A stretch of 64,000 nt of DNA from Clostridia bacterium. Lineage in GTDB: Bacteria; Bacillota; Clostridia; Christensenellales; UBA1242. Every line of letters starts with the position of its first letter. Within the stretch, counting starts at the first letter, position 1. The DNA lies in NCBI GenBank assembly GCA_045655005.1, contig JAZOOJ010000001.1, positions 19,473 to 83,472 of the forward strand. Direction: 5' to 3'. Shown in pieces: positions 1 to 8,913 of the stretch. The position numbers were made by a program, and so were the translations under genes. The notes under the pieces were generated by a model that did no database searches, was not told where the DNA came from, and saw only the letters and a list, made by a program, of their open reading frames with translations.

Positions 1-479
1 TCGGTATTTGGGTCGGCTAGAATATCTGAAAGCGACATATCGTTACCGTCTTTATCAACGCCAATCGTACTATCAAGAGAAATATCGCCGTTCAATTTTT
101 TTTCAGAGCGAAAGAGCATTAATATCTCATTTTCAATACACCTTGATGCGTAGGTCGAAAAACTGCTTGCTTTTTCAGGATTAAAGGTTCGGACTGCTTT
201 AATTAAACCAATAGTTCCAATGCTTATAAGGTCGTCGGTGTCTGAAAAATTGCTTTTGTATTTGTTTGCGATGTGGGCAACAAGGCGTAGGTTATGCTTA
301 ATTAATTTTTCTTCGGCTTCAGGGTCAGAAGATTTTTTTTCTTTTGCTGTTTTAATCCTTTCAAAATACATTTTTTCTTCTTCTGGCTTTAACTTTTTTT
401 CAAAACTATTTGGACTTGACAACTTGCCTGTGAATAAAAAAATTTTACTTAAAAGTTTAAACAAACAATCTAAAAACAT
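1..479 (-). CDS. Sporulation-type sigma-70 family factor (SigE/SigK-like pro-sigma); N-terminal part only, the C-terminus runs off the left edge
   Basis: Hand translation of the minus strand from ATG (479-477), preceded by RBS aaaggag. It gives MFLDCLFKLLSKIFLFTGKLSS...LIKHNLRLVAHIANKY...DDLISIGTIGLIKAVRTFNPEK...TYASRCIENEILM...DISLDSTIGVDKDGNDMSLSDIL. Regions 2.1-2.4 are almost identical to Bacillus SigE/SigK, with a hydrophobic pro-sequence-like N-terminus. This ORF is absent from the supplied track because it is truncated at the edge. Confidence 0.8.
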   Translation of the reverse strand, partial: MFLDCLFKLLSKIFLFTGKLSSPNSFEKKLKPEEEKMYFERIKTAKEKKSSDPEAEEKLIKHNLRLVAHIANKYKSNFSDTDDLISIGTIGLIKAVRTFNPEKASSFSTYASRCIENEILMLFRSEKKLNGDISLDSTIGVDKDGNDMSLSDILADPNT

Positions 480-714
480 ATGTAAACTTTGCTCCTTTCA
501 AAAAGTGATATATACAAAGTTTATTGCAAAAGGTTACAAAAAATGACAAAATAATGGTGCTATGCCAGACAGAGTATGCCAGACATAGCATTTTAAAAGG
601 CTGGAATTTCCTATATTTTTTGTAAAAACCCAAAATTTGTTGACTAACTAAATTTATTGCAATATAATGGGTTGTGTAAATATTATGAAATTATGGTTTT
701 TAGGGGTTGAAGTT

Positions 715-1296
715 ATGAAAAGATTTTTTGCATCAATTTTAAGTGTCGCTGTCATTTTTGTGGTTGCTATCAGCGTAACTGCTTGTGATAAATTTCAAGG
801 GAAAACTTTTGAGTTTGCTGGGGTTGATGTAGCATATATAACTGAAATTAACGAAGAAGGGATTGTTACAAAATACGAAACACTGCCTATTGACAGTTAC
901 TGCAAAGATATTTTGGGAATTCAAGACCTTGCCACCAGAAATGCAAAAATTGAAGAACTTAAAACAACTTATGGCATAGTTAATCAGTATTACAAATTTT
1001 CAAGAACTAATGAAGTGCGTCAAATTCGTGAAGATATGGACGAGTTGACTGGTTCAAAAATTTCAGAAGTTGTTTTACTTACTTATGCACTAGAGGGTAA
1101 TGCAATGCAAATCACAAGGTCAGAGTTAGATGAAAATGGCTGTGGGCTTCAATACACTGAAAGGATTGAAATCATAACAAGTTCACAACTTCAAAAATAT
1201 CACTGGGGAACAACCACTTACGAAAGCAGGTTTACCGAAGAAGATGTAACAAATCATACAATATATCGACTAGTCGTAAATTATATGTCATATTAG
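715..1296 (+). CDS. Putative lipoprotein, function unknown
   Basis: Start moved to ATG 715 (MKRFFASILSVAVIFVVAISVTAC), which gives a signal peptide plus lipobox Cys. An aggggt RBS lies upstream. Confidence 0.65.
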   Translation: MKRFFASILSVAVIFVVAISVTACDKFQGKTFEFAGVDVAYITEINEEGIVTKYETLPIDSYCKDILGIQDLATRNAKIEELKTTYGIVNQYYKFSRTNEVRQIREDMDELTGSKISEVVLLTYALEGNAMQITRSELDENGCGLQYTERIEIITSSQLQKYHWGTTTYESRFTEEDVTNHTIYRLVVNYMSY

Positions 1297-1353
1297 TTCC
1301 CTTTCTCTATCAAGCGGTCACACCACATAGTCCGTAAATATTCGTTTTTAGGC

Positions 1354-1420
1354 AAAAACACATAAAACAGAACCGTCGTGTAAAAATATACGCCGAACTT
1401 GTTTTATGTGTTTTTATTTT
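1354..1420 (+). terminator. Hairpin with 16-bp perfect stem (aaaaacacataaaaca / tgttttatgtgttttt), about 30-nt loop and T-tract
   Basis: Inverted repeat read directly, located downstream of the 715..1296 CDS. The loop is unusually large for an intrinsic terminator. Confidence 0.5.
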
Positions 1421-1559
1421 GAAAATCTAAAGATTTTTACTGCGGTATATACACAGACGGGAACAATTTTGCGTGAGAAATTGTTGTTGGGAATGTTTGC
1501 TTGACAATCAATAAGTTAATATAGTACAATTTACATTAAATAGAACTGATTAGGGGGTT

Positions 1560-2114
1560 TTGATTGTGAGTACTTGTAAAGAGATTATAAATGAGCGAAG
1601 AAGCGTGCGTTCTTTCACTAACGAAAAAATAAGTGAAGAAGAATTGTTTGATATTTTAGATTGTGGAAGACAAGCTCCATCATCAAAGAATTATCAACCT
1701 TGGAGATTTTACATCTTAAATGATGAAGAAAAAAGAAATCTTTATGAAATGATGATGGATAAATTAAATAAAAACAACACTGAAAAGACAGGATTAGCCA
1801 CTGCAAAAATTTTAAATGACGCAGGGCAGGTTGTTGTTGTGTATGCAGACAGAGAAACTTTACAGGCAAAGGACTCAGGAATGTATTCATTAATGCTTTC
1901 AGTTGGTGCGTGTATTGAAAATATGTTGCTTCGTGCAACAGAACTTGGCGTTGCAACACTTTGGATGTACGATGTTGTAGTTGTTGCAAAAGAACTTGAA
2001 GAATTATATTGTCCTGACGGTATGTTTGTGTCGGCAATTTGTTTTGGAAAAGAAGACAAAGTTTTGCCAAGAGCAAAGAAGAAAGATTTGAAGGATTTAA
2101 TCGTAAACAAGTAA
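1560..2114 (+). CDS. Nitroreductase family protein
   Basis: N-terminal RRSVRSFT motif and a size of about 180 aa, typical of FMN nitroreductases. An aggggg RBS and a TTGACA promoter lie upstream. The exact start (TTG 1560 or GTG 1566) is uncertain. Confidence 0.7.
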   Translation: MIVSTCKEIINERRSVRSFTNEKISEEELFDILDCGRQAPSSKNYQPWRFYILNDEEKRNLYEMMMDKLNKNNTEKTGLATAKILNDAGQVVVVYADRETLQAKDSGMYSLMLSVGACIENMLLRATELGVATLWMYDVVVVAKELEELYCPDGMFVSAICFGKEDKVLPRAKKKDLKDLIVNK

Positions 2115-2139
2115 TTAAGGGGTTTTAAGGAGAGAAACA

Positions 2140-3438
2140 ATGGCAAAAGAGCAAAGCAGACATGATATTATAAGAGAGCATATGCACGAAATCGCTGACA
2201 GGTACAAGGCGTTAGCTCGTGAAAAGGAAAAAACAAGTGAACAAGGCGATTACTCGGCGTCTTTCCATATGAACGCTTATTCGCAACTTTCTTATTTGAC
2301 GGAGGGTTGTAAAACGGGAAGATGCAGTTTTTGTGCTTATGGTCAAACTAACAGCAAATTGACGCCAAAGCAAGTAGAAATTGAAACCGAGAAGTTTATA
2401 CAAGAGATTGAGCAAAGAATAAGAGAAGGGAATCCTACCTACGCAGTATTATTTGACTCAGTAGGTTCAATTTTTGATAAAAATGAATTTTCAACAGAGA
2501 ACCTTGATGTTGTGTTTGATAAATTAGACGAATTGCTTGAAAGGGTCCCAATGATTGAAGAAGTTGCCTTTGAAACACACTATGGCACACTTGGGACGGT
2601 TGATAAAGAAGGGACTTATGTATCGTCAGATGCTATTGAAAAATTAATCGATTTTAAGCAAAGGCATCAATCGGTTGGAACTTATGTGATTGAGTTGGGT
2701 TTGGAATCTACCAATCCAGAATTAAGAACAGAATTGTTGTTTAAGCCAATTGATAACGAGATGTATAAAAGGTCGGTTAAGCACATGCACGACAATGGAA
2801 TAAATGTTGACGTAAACATTATGGCAACATTGCCATTTCTAACAAAAAAAGAACAAATCGCAAACGCTGTAACAAGTACAATGGAAGCGTTAAAGCCTTA
2901 TGAAGATGGTGGCTTTGGTGTTGACAACGTTGTTTTGTTCCCATTGAATGTACGTGAAAACACATTTATGGGACACTCGTTCAAAAGCATTAAGGCATAC
3001 GAACAGCAACATCCAGATTGGGGAAAACCTAATTGGTTAGATGATGAATTTCCAATATGGTCGTTGGTTGCGACATTAAACGCATTTATTGAAACTGGGC
3101 ACGAAGATTTGTTAAGTCAAATAAGTGTTGCGTGGTTTGGTGGACGTTCGGTTTATGAATCAGACATCGAACCAAAAGACTGGGAAGACACATATGATGC
3201 TTTTGTGCAGTACCGCAAGAATGGAAGTGGGGAAAACAGCAGGGCTAACATAATAAGAAAGCTTACTCAACACCCAAAATACAAAGCGTTTATGGCAAGT
3301 ATTGAAAATGAGCCACAAACCAACCTTTCATTTGCTGAAAGAGCAGAGTTTATTCAAGAACTAAATGAAAAAGTAGGGCTTCCAATTAAATCGCCTTGTG
3401 CAAAACAAAGTGGCGGAGAGTCTGGTGGAGATGAATAA
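2140..3438 (+). CDS. Radical SAM-like (Elp3/TIGR01210-like) protein with non-canonical Cys cluster
   Basis: EGCKTGRCSFCAYGQ, where C57-x4-C62-x2-C65 followed by an aromatic residue and Gly resembles the SAM/4Fe-4S cluster loop. The rest is compatible with a TIM-barrel enzyme. No closer assignment is possible by eye. Confidence 0.45.
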   Translation: MAKEQSRHDIIREHMHEIADRYKALAREKEKTSEQGDYSASFHMNAYSQLSYLTEGCKTGRCSFCAYGQTNSKLTPKQVEIETEKFIQEIEQRIREGNPTYAVLFDSVGSIFDKNEFSTENLDVVFDKLDELLERVPMIEEVAFETHYGTLGTVDKEGTYVSSDAIEKLIDFKQRHQSVGTYVIELGLESTNPELRTELLFKPIDNEMYKRSVKHMHDNGINVDVNIMATLPFLTKKEQIANAVTSTMEALKPYEDGGFGVDNVVLFPLNVRENTFMGHSFKSIKAYEQQHPDWGKPNWLDDEFPIWSLVATLNAFIETGHEDLLSQISVAWFGGRSVYESDIEPKDWEDTYDAFVQYRKNGSGENSRANIIRKLTQHPKYKAFMASIENEPQTNLSFAERAEFIQELNEKVGLPIKSPCAKQSGGESGGDE

Positions 3439-3539
3439 ATCCCACCTCAAATGGTTAAGATTGTGTTAAATTTTGCAATTATTGTTTTTGGAATGAACAT
3501 TGATTAAGTAAATGTAGTTGTTAACGACATCGCAATTTA

Positions 3540-3568
3540 TTGACAAATTAATAAAAATGATATATAAT
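3540..3568 (+). promoter_or_regulatory. Consensus sigma-A promoter of rnpB (TTGACA-17-TATAAT)
   Basis: TTGACA at 3540-3545, 17-nt spacer, TATAAT at 3563-3568, about 5 nt upstream of the RNase P RNA 5' end. Confidence 0.8.
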
Positions 3569-3572
3569 AATG

Positions 3573-3964
3573 TTTGCCAGTCTAAACTGTCGCGCTTGTT
3601 TGGTCACGCCAGAAATGGTGCGGGTAAACGGTGAGGAAAGTCCGAGCATCACAGAGCAGGACGCTTGCTAACGGCAAGCCAAAGTAATTTGAGGAAAAGG
3701 GCAACAGAAATAAACCGCCAAGAACTTTCTTGGTAAGGGTGGAAAGGTAGGGTAAGAGCCTATCAGTTTGTATGGTGACATACATCCGCTGTAAACTCCG
3801 TTCGATGCAAGACAAAAGGGGACGCCAGTTTTTCGTGGGAAACCTAAAAAACAAGACGTATGGTTGCTCGCCAGCACCCTTGAAAAGTCGCAACAGAATC
3901 GCCCAGCAATGGTCGGTCAAGATAGATGGCAGTTGAATACAGAACTCGGCTTACAGACTGACAA
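3573..3964 (+). ncRNA. rnpB: RNase P RNA (bacterial, probably type B as in Firmicutes)
   Basis: Universal P4 strands GAGGAAAGTCCGAGC (5') and ACAGAACTCGGCTTA (3'). P1 pairs ttgccagtc with gactgacaa. The length is about 390 nt, flanked by its own promoter and terminator. No credible protein is encoded; the minus-strand ORFs here are artefacts. Confidence 0.93.
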
Positions 3965-3976
3965 ATTTTTATGAAG

Positions 3977-4010
3977 ACCCCTTGCGAATTAGCAAGAGGT
4001 TTTCTTTTTA
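3977..4010 (+). terminator. Intrinsic terminator after rnpB
   Basis: accccttgc-gaatta-gcaagaggt stem-loop followed by tttcttttt. Confidence 0.7.
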
Positions 4011-4044
4011 TTAAAGAATTAAACATTATAAATTTTGTCTAATA

Positions 4045-4073
4045 TTGACAAATCAAGTTTTGTGTGTTACACT
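4045..4073 (+). promoter_or_regulatory. Sigma-A promoter with extended -10 (TTGACA-17-TGtTACACT)
   Basis: TTGACA at 4045-4050, TG at 4065-4066 and TACACT at 4068-4073, upstream of the 4109 CDS. Confidence 0.6.
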
Positions 4074-4108
4074 GAGAAACAAGAACAAACCCAAGGAGAA
4101 AAATTTTT

Positions 4109-4819
4109 ATGGCACTTACTACAAAAACCGTATCTGGTTTCAGAGATGTACTTTTTACAGACGTTTCAAGAAAGGTTGAAGTTGCAACGGAAGAAATTCG
4201 CAAGAAACACCCAGAATATACCGAAGAAGAAATTGTTTTTCAAGGTCACTTAAAAGCTTTTCAAAACGCAAGGGCTTCAAGCTCAAAGAACTATACTCTT
4301 GAAGAGATTAGAGCATTAGTTATGGCTAACTATTTTTTAACATCGCCTGAGATGAACGTCAGAATGACACAAGCCGTAATGGACGTAATCAGCAGATATC
4401 CACAACGCTCAAGCGCTTTAATATCAAAAACAGCAAAGGATTATTCTGTACAAATTCAAGGAAGAGTTTATTGCAAAAGTGACGACTCTCACTCTCATTG
4501 CTTAATTCCAAACGAATGTATTAAAGGAATTGCAGAGATTGCATTGCCAAAATATATTGCATTTATTAAAGGACTTACTAATCAAGAAGTTTCAGATATT
4601 ATTCGTACAACAGTGCCATTTGCAAAGCACGAAAACAACAAAAGAACAAGAACTGAAAGAACACAATTCGGCGATAAGTCAATTATGGCATTTACAAGCC
4701 CAGAAACATTAAAAGGTTATGCAGTAAGACAATCGGTTCCATTAACTCTTAATATCTTATTGCAAGCAAGATTAAAAAATCCTGCACAGACAACAAGTTC
4801 TGATTTAAATGAACAATAA
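4109..4819 (+). CDS. Hypothetical protein (236 aa), no recognisable domain
   Basis: Long ORF with aaggag RBS 8 nt upstream and its own promoter. No motif recognised. Confidence 0.65.
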   Translation: MALTTKTVSGFRDVLFTDVSRKVEVATEEIRKKHPEYTEEEIVFQGHLKAFQNARASSSKNYTLEEIRALVMANYFLTSPEMNVRMTQAVMDVISRYPQRSSALISKTAKDYSVQIQGRVYCKSDDSHSHCLIPNECIKGIAEIALPKYIAFIKGLTNQEVSDIIRTTVPFAKHENNKRTRTERTQFGDKSIMAFTSPETLKGYAVRQSVPLTLNILLQARLKNPAQTTSSDLNEQ

Positions 4820-4873
4820 TTACTTTGTGTAACAAATATCTATTAATTGAAATAATAAGAGGACGTTACGCAA

Positions 4874-5548
4874 GTGAGTTTGATTAATTCTATCAGAATG
4901 AAAGACTATATTATAAACGACAAAGGCTTTTGTGAACAATTGGCGGATAGTCAATTATACAAAAGCCTTTTGGCTGTTCAATTGAAAAACGCATCGCAAA
5001 GTGCAAGGTCTAAAATAGCCTTAAAATTAAAAGAATATACCCTTTTTGAACGACTACACAAAACCTTCCTTTACGATGAAGATTTTATCGGTGGTCTTAT
5101 TAAAAATTGTTCGGCTATTGAAAGGGCTTTTATTGTCTTGCAGTTAAACAGGCTTTGTTTATTTGATGGCTCTGTTGATATTGATTATTGCATAAACAAA
5201 AATTTAAGCGAAAAAAAGATGCAAAACGCAAAGAGTAGTGTTACAATAGGTTTTGCAAGGTATAACGAAAGCCTTATTGAAGATATATTTAAATCGACTA
5301 ATGGAATTTTGGAAGTTGAATTAAAACAATATTTTTATGGGCTTAGCGATGATGAGTTAAAAGAAACGTCTGTGGTGCTTTTAAAATTTATTAATGAGCA
5401 TATCGATTTAGAAACCAATTATTTTCTAACTCCTAAGCAATTTACAAACCGAATGAAAGATTTGTGTGCAATAAGAGCGTTTATTAATGCCTCGCAAAGT
5501 AAAATAGAAAGAGATTATTTGACAAACAATTATTCATCAGAGTTCTAA
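4874..5548 (+). CDS. Hypothetical protein (224 aa), no recognisable domain
   Basis: ORF with GTG start and agagga RBS, co-oriented with the 4109 gene and followed by a strong terminator. Confidence 0.6.
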   Translation: MSLINSIRMKDYIINDKGFCEQLADSQLYKSLLAVQLKNASQSARSKIALKLKEYTLFERLHKTFLYDEDFIGGLIKNCSAIERAFIVLQLNRLCLFDGSVDIDYCINKNLSEKKMQNAKSSVTIGFARYNESLIEDIFKSTNGILEVELKQYFYGLSDDELKETSVVLLKFINEHIDLETNYFLTPKQFTNRMKDLCAIRAFINASQSKIERDYLTNNYSSEF

Positions 5549-5550
5549 AT

Positions 5551-5594
5551 AAAACCGCATCAAATTGAAGAAATTTCAATTGGTGCGGTTTTTG
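5551..5594. terminator. Bidirectional intrinsic terminator between convergent genes
   Basis: aaaaccgcatcaaattgaa / ttcaattggtgcggtttt long stem with flanking A and T tracts. Confidence 0.8.
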
Positions 5595-5619
5595 CTTTGT
5601 ATTTGTATTATAATCAAGA

Positions 5620-6033
5620 TTATTCAAAAATTAGGTAAACGCCATTTGGGTCGTCGTGATAGATGATTCTGCCATTAGAGTATTGTTCTGGTAGTGTGTT
5701 GACGGTTCCGTCAGCAAAGGTGTAGGTAATATTTAAAACATTGCCGTCAATAGCGTATTTACCAGTGATAGTATAGTCAATCACACTTGGCTCGTCTATA
5801 ATTGTAAATTTAATAACGATTTTGCCGTCGTAACCCAGTTTAATAGTAAAGTTTTTATATCCGTCAATAATAGCTTTTTGTTCGTCACTTAAGTCTTCAT
5901 AATATACAACCTTATCATTTTCCACGTCGGCAATACCAACTAATTTGTAGGTCTTTTCAACGCAACCTGTAAGCATTACTGAAGATAGTATAAAAAGCAC
6001 AACAACACTTAAAACTGACAATATTTTTTTCAT
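5620..6033 (-). CDS. Putative lipoprotein (137 aa)
   Basis: MKKILSVLSVVVLFILSSVMLTGC signal peptide plus lipobox. Confidence 0.7.
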   Translation of the reverse strand: MKKILSVLSVVVLFILSSVMLTGCVEKTYKLVGIADVENDKVVYYEDLSDEQKAIIDGYKNFTIKLGYDGKIVIKFTIIDEPSVIDYTITGKYAIDGNVLNITYTFADGTVNTLPEQYSNGRIIYHDDPNGVYLIFE

Positions 6034-6268
6034 CTAAGTCCACTCCAAAATTATTACTTATAATATTAATTCTTACATTAAACTTTGTCAACAAAAAATC
6101 ATTAAGTTTATAGTTCGCATCAATTGATAAAAACATCAAATCATTTTCGGCAAATCCAATAGCAAATTCTAAAAACCACCTAAAATAGTTTGATTTAAAC
6201 AATAGAATTGTGTTAAACTTATAATGTACTTAGTCGTAATTTGGTAATGTTTGGAGGTAAACACAACA

Positions 6269-6661
6269 ATGGCGGTAGAGAAAATCTCTCTTGAAGAAAT
6301 AAAGATGTTTAAATTGCGAGAGGAGGCCAACTTATATGAAATTTCACATGCGGCAGAGTTGGAAGAAATAAAGAATAATCCAATAAAGACAAAAAAAATA
6401 ATAAAACGTAAAGCTGACGGGACAGAGGAAGAATATCTGTTTGTTCCTGATGGTAAACCTGACGAAACTTACATTACAAGGTGTGCAGAAGCTGTTTTGA
6501 ATGTATTGCCAGATTGTAATGAAGAATTTATCCGTGCGGAAATGGAAAAGACGGGAGCAACAGTAGAAGAAGTTATTGCATATTATTTAGCGTTGGTTGA
6601 ATCAGTTGTTGAAGATGGAACAATTCCAGATGTTGATTATGACGATATTTCTGACGAATAA
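6269..6661 (+). CDS. Small acidic hypothetical protein (130 aa)
   Basis: Start moved to ATG 6269, with ggaggt RBS 10 nt upstream. Very acidic C-terminus (DVDYDDISDE). Confidence 0.6.
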   Translation: MAVEKISLEEIKMFKLREEANLYEISHAAELEEIKNNPIKTKKIIKRKADGTEEEYLFVPDGKPDETYITRCAEAVLNVLPDCNEEFIRAEMEKTGATVEEVIAYYLALVESVVEDGTIPDVDYDDISDE

Positions 6662-6765
6662 TATGTGATTTCGTTTATGTTAAAAACAAGGAGTAGATAA
6701 AGATATCTTTTGACTTGCTTTAAAAATTGCAAAAATAAAGAATATATAATGAAAGGAGAATTAAA

Positions 6766-7098
6766 ATGAAAGAAGCAGAACTTTATGACAGAGAGGGCTT
6801 TTTAAAAACAGCGGTGGAGAACTGGAAAAAATTAACTAAAGAAAACCCAGCGTTGGCGAAAGAAATTATGGCTAATCCACAGATGTACGATTATAAAAAG
6901 GTAAAATCTACAACTGGTGCGGTTTATTGTGTGCCAGTCTTATTAAGCGAAGAAGAAATTCAAAGAAGAATGGATGAGATGAAAAAATATGATAATATGC
7001 CAACAATTGACGAATATGTTGCATATTTTAGAAGCCGTGGCGACAGAAGAAGCGATGACGAATTGGTTGTAGCATACGCAGAAGAGTATTATGATTAA
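6766..7098 (+). CDS. Small hypothetical protein (110 aa)
   Basis: aaaggag RBS. Co-oriented and closely spaced with the flanking genes. Confidence 0.6.
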   Translation: MKEAELYDREGFLKTAVENWKKLTKENPALAKEIMANPQMYDYKKVKSTTGAVYCVPVLLSEEEIQRRMDEMKKYDNMPTIDEYVAYFRSRGDRRSDDELVVAYAEEYYD

Positions 7099-7118
7099 TA
7101 AAAAAGGAGAAAACTAAA

Positions 7119-8900
7119 ATGCCATACAGATCAGAGATAGATCAATTAAGATCTGGAATTTTAAAAGATAAAGAAGATAAAAGATTTCAAGAAAGAGACA
7201 ATAAAATAAATGATTTGAATATCAAATTTCATGAGAAACAAGCAGGTAAAATTAACAAACAAATTGACCGAATTAATGAAGCACGTGAGGGTGGATTATT
7301 AGTAAAGCTTGCAAGTTATATCTTCCAAACTGGCAAGCTAAAAAAATTGGAACGAAAACTTGGGGCGATTGAAAATATAATCAATACAATTGAAATTGCA
7401 AAATTGAAGGTGCAGACTAAGATTGATGTGCTTGAAGATAGCATTCAAAACAAAACAGACAGGCTAAATACTTTAAGGACACTGCAAAACCAGCATGACT
7501 TACAAAACGGCTTATCACCACAACCACAACAAGGTCAAAATCCTCAACCACCACAAGGACCAACGCTTGAACAATTAAAGAAAGAACAAGAATTAAGGGT
7601 CGCTGCGGAAAATGCAGCGAAAGCAGCAGAGGCGGCGAAGATAGACGCAGAAAAGAAAGCGAGAGCGGCAGAGGAAGCAAGGGCAACAGCGGCAAAGAAA
7701 GCCAAAGAAGAAGCTGAGCAAGCAGCGGCTAAAGCGAAAGCTGCTGCGGAAAAGGCAGCGGCAGATGCAAAGAAAGCAAAGGACGCTGCAGTAAAAGCAG
7801 CGGTTGACGCCGCATTAGAGCAAGCAAAAAAAGATCAAAAATCCGCAGTTGACGCTGCAGTAAAATCAGCAAAAGAAGAACAAAGGAAGTCAGATAAAGT
7901 AGCCGAAACCGAAGAAAAAAGGAAGAAAGCTGAAGCCGATAAAGAATACAGAAAGAAAGAAATTGATCGTCTTAAAAAAGATTTAGCTGAAGCACAAAAA
8001 AAGATTGAAAGACTTGAAGCTGAAAAACAGTCCAATGCGACACCGCAAACACCAGATCAAGACGGAAAGGGCTCTAATCCTGATAATGACGCAAGAAAAA
8101 GTAGGGTTGCTAAGAAGGCAAAAGATAAAACTAAGACGGCACAAGATTCTATTGATACAACGGGTGCAAATCCAGATGAGGTAGAAGACAAAAAGAAAAA
8201 AGCAAAAGATAAAAAAGCAAAAGATAAAGCTAAGACGGCACAAGATTCTATTGATACAACGGGTGCAAATCCAGATGAGGTAGATGACAAAAAGAAAAAA
8301 GCAAAAGATAAAAGTGATGAACAAGAAACCCCTCAAACTCCTGACAATCCACCAAAGAAAAAAGGTCAGCCTACAATAAAACAACCTGCACAAGATGCAA
8401 AGGGGAAAGTAAAACAAATGCAAACAGGACCAGCGGTTAAGATATCTGAATCAGGCGTAGTTGATTGGGAAGACCCGCATAACAAGGCATTGTTTGAAAA
8501 TATGGGCAAAACCAAAAAAGGGGGAAAGAATTCAGAATTAGATGCGGTTGCTGCAGTCATACGGATGAATCCGTCTGTGTATACTAGTATTCCACTAGAC
8601 TATATGGTAAAAGCATCTAAAAAGACATTTAAACGAGCGTCTAACAATGAAGTGTCTATAGATCAGTATCTTTACGATGTTGCACTATTATTTGCAACAG
8701 AGGCAAAAGATTGGGATCCAACAAAGGGCAAAGGCAAAACACACGATTCTGTACTTGAAGCCAAAAAAGCTTTTGATGAAGCCAAAGCCAAAGAAGCGAA
8801 AGAAAAGGGTGCCGATCAACCGAAAAAGCCAGCGCCAATTCAAGAAAAGGGGGAGCAAGATGCCCCAACAACTTATATTGGTGAATTTGTAGACGGCTAA
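7119..8900 (+). CDS. Coiled-coil, low-complexity Ala/Lys/Glu-rich protein (593 aa) with a globular C-terminal region
   Basis: aaaggag RBS. Heptad-like N-terminus, then a Q/P-rich linker (QPQQGQNPQPPQGP), then about 150 aa of A/K/E repeats and a duplicated 33-aa unit. No signal peptide or TM segment seen. Confidence 0.75.
   Translation: MPYRSEIDQLRSGILKDKEDKRFQERDNKINDLNIKFHEKQAGKINKQIDRINEAREGGLLVKLASYIFQTGKLKKLERKLGAIENIINTIEIAKLKVQTKIDVLEDSIQNKTDRLNTLRTLQNQHDLQNGLSPQPQQGQNPQPPQGPTLEQLKKEQELRVAAENAAKAAEAAKIDAEKKARAAEEARATAAKKAKEEAEQAAAKAKAAAEKAAADAKKAKDAAVKAAVDAALEQAKKDQKSAVDAAVKSAKEEQRKSDKVAETEEKRKKAEADKEYRKKEIDRLKKDLAEAQKKIERLEAEKQSNATPQTPDQDGKGSNPDNDARKSRVAKKAKDKTKTAQDSIDTTGANPDEVEDKKKKAKDKKAKDKAKTAQDSIDTTGANPDEVDDKKKKAKDKSDEQETPQTPDNPPKKKGQPTIKQPAQDAKGKVKQMQTGPAVKISESGVVDWEDPHNKALFENMGKTKKGGKNSELDAVAAVIRMNPSVYTSIPLDYMVKASKKTFKRASNNEVSIDQYLYDVALLFATEAKDWDPTKGKGKTHDSVLEAKKAFDEAKAKEAKEKGADQPKKPAPIQEKGEQDAPTTYIGEFVDG
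8115..8312 (+). repeat. Tandem direct repeat, 2 x 99 bp (96/99 identical), in frame inside the 7119..8900 CDS
   Basis: Copy 1 at 8115-8213 and copy 2 at 8214-8312, differing at 3 positions. Each encodes KAKDK(T/A)KTAQDSIDTTGANPDEV(E/D)DKKKKAKDK. Confidence 0.95.
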
Positions 8901-8913
8901 ATAATCAAAATTT

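Noticed and set aside
220-546. Plus-strand ORF of 108 aa.
   Set aside because: It is antisense to the strongly supported sigma-factor gene (1-479, minus strand). It has a low-complexity translation and no RBS.
3582-4026. Three overlapping minus-strand ORFs of 60-112 aa.
   Set aside because: They lie antisense within the RNase P RNA gene, which has its own promoter, terminator and conserved P4 sequences. They have no RBS and are spurious.
8115-8312. Direct repeats considered as a possible CRISPR or minisatellite element.
   Set aside because: There are only two adjacent copies with no spacers, perfectly in frame inside a CDS. This is a coding tandem duplication, not a CRISPR array. No CRISPR-like repeat-spacer structure was seen anywhere in the window.
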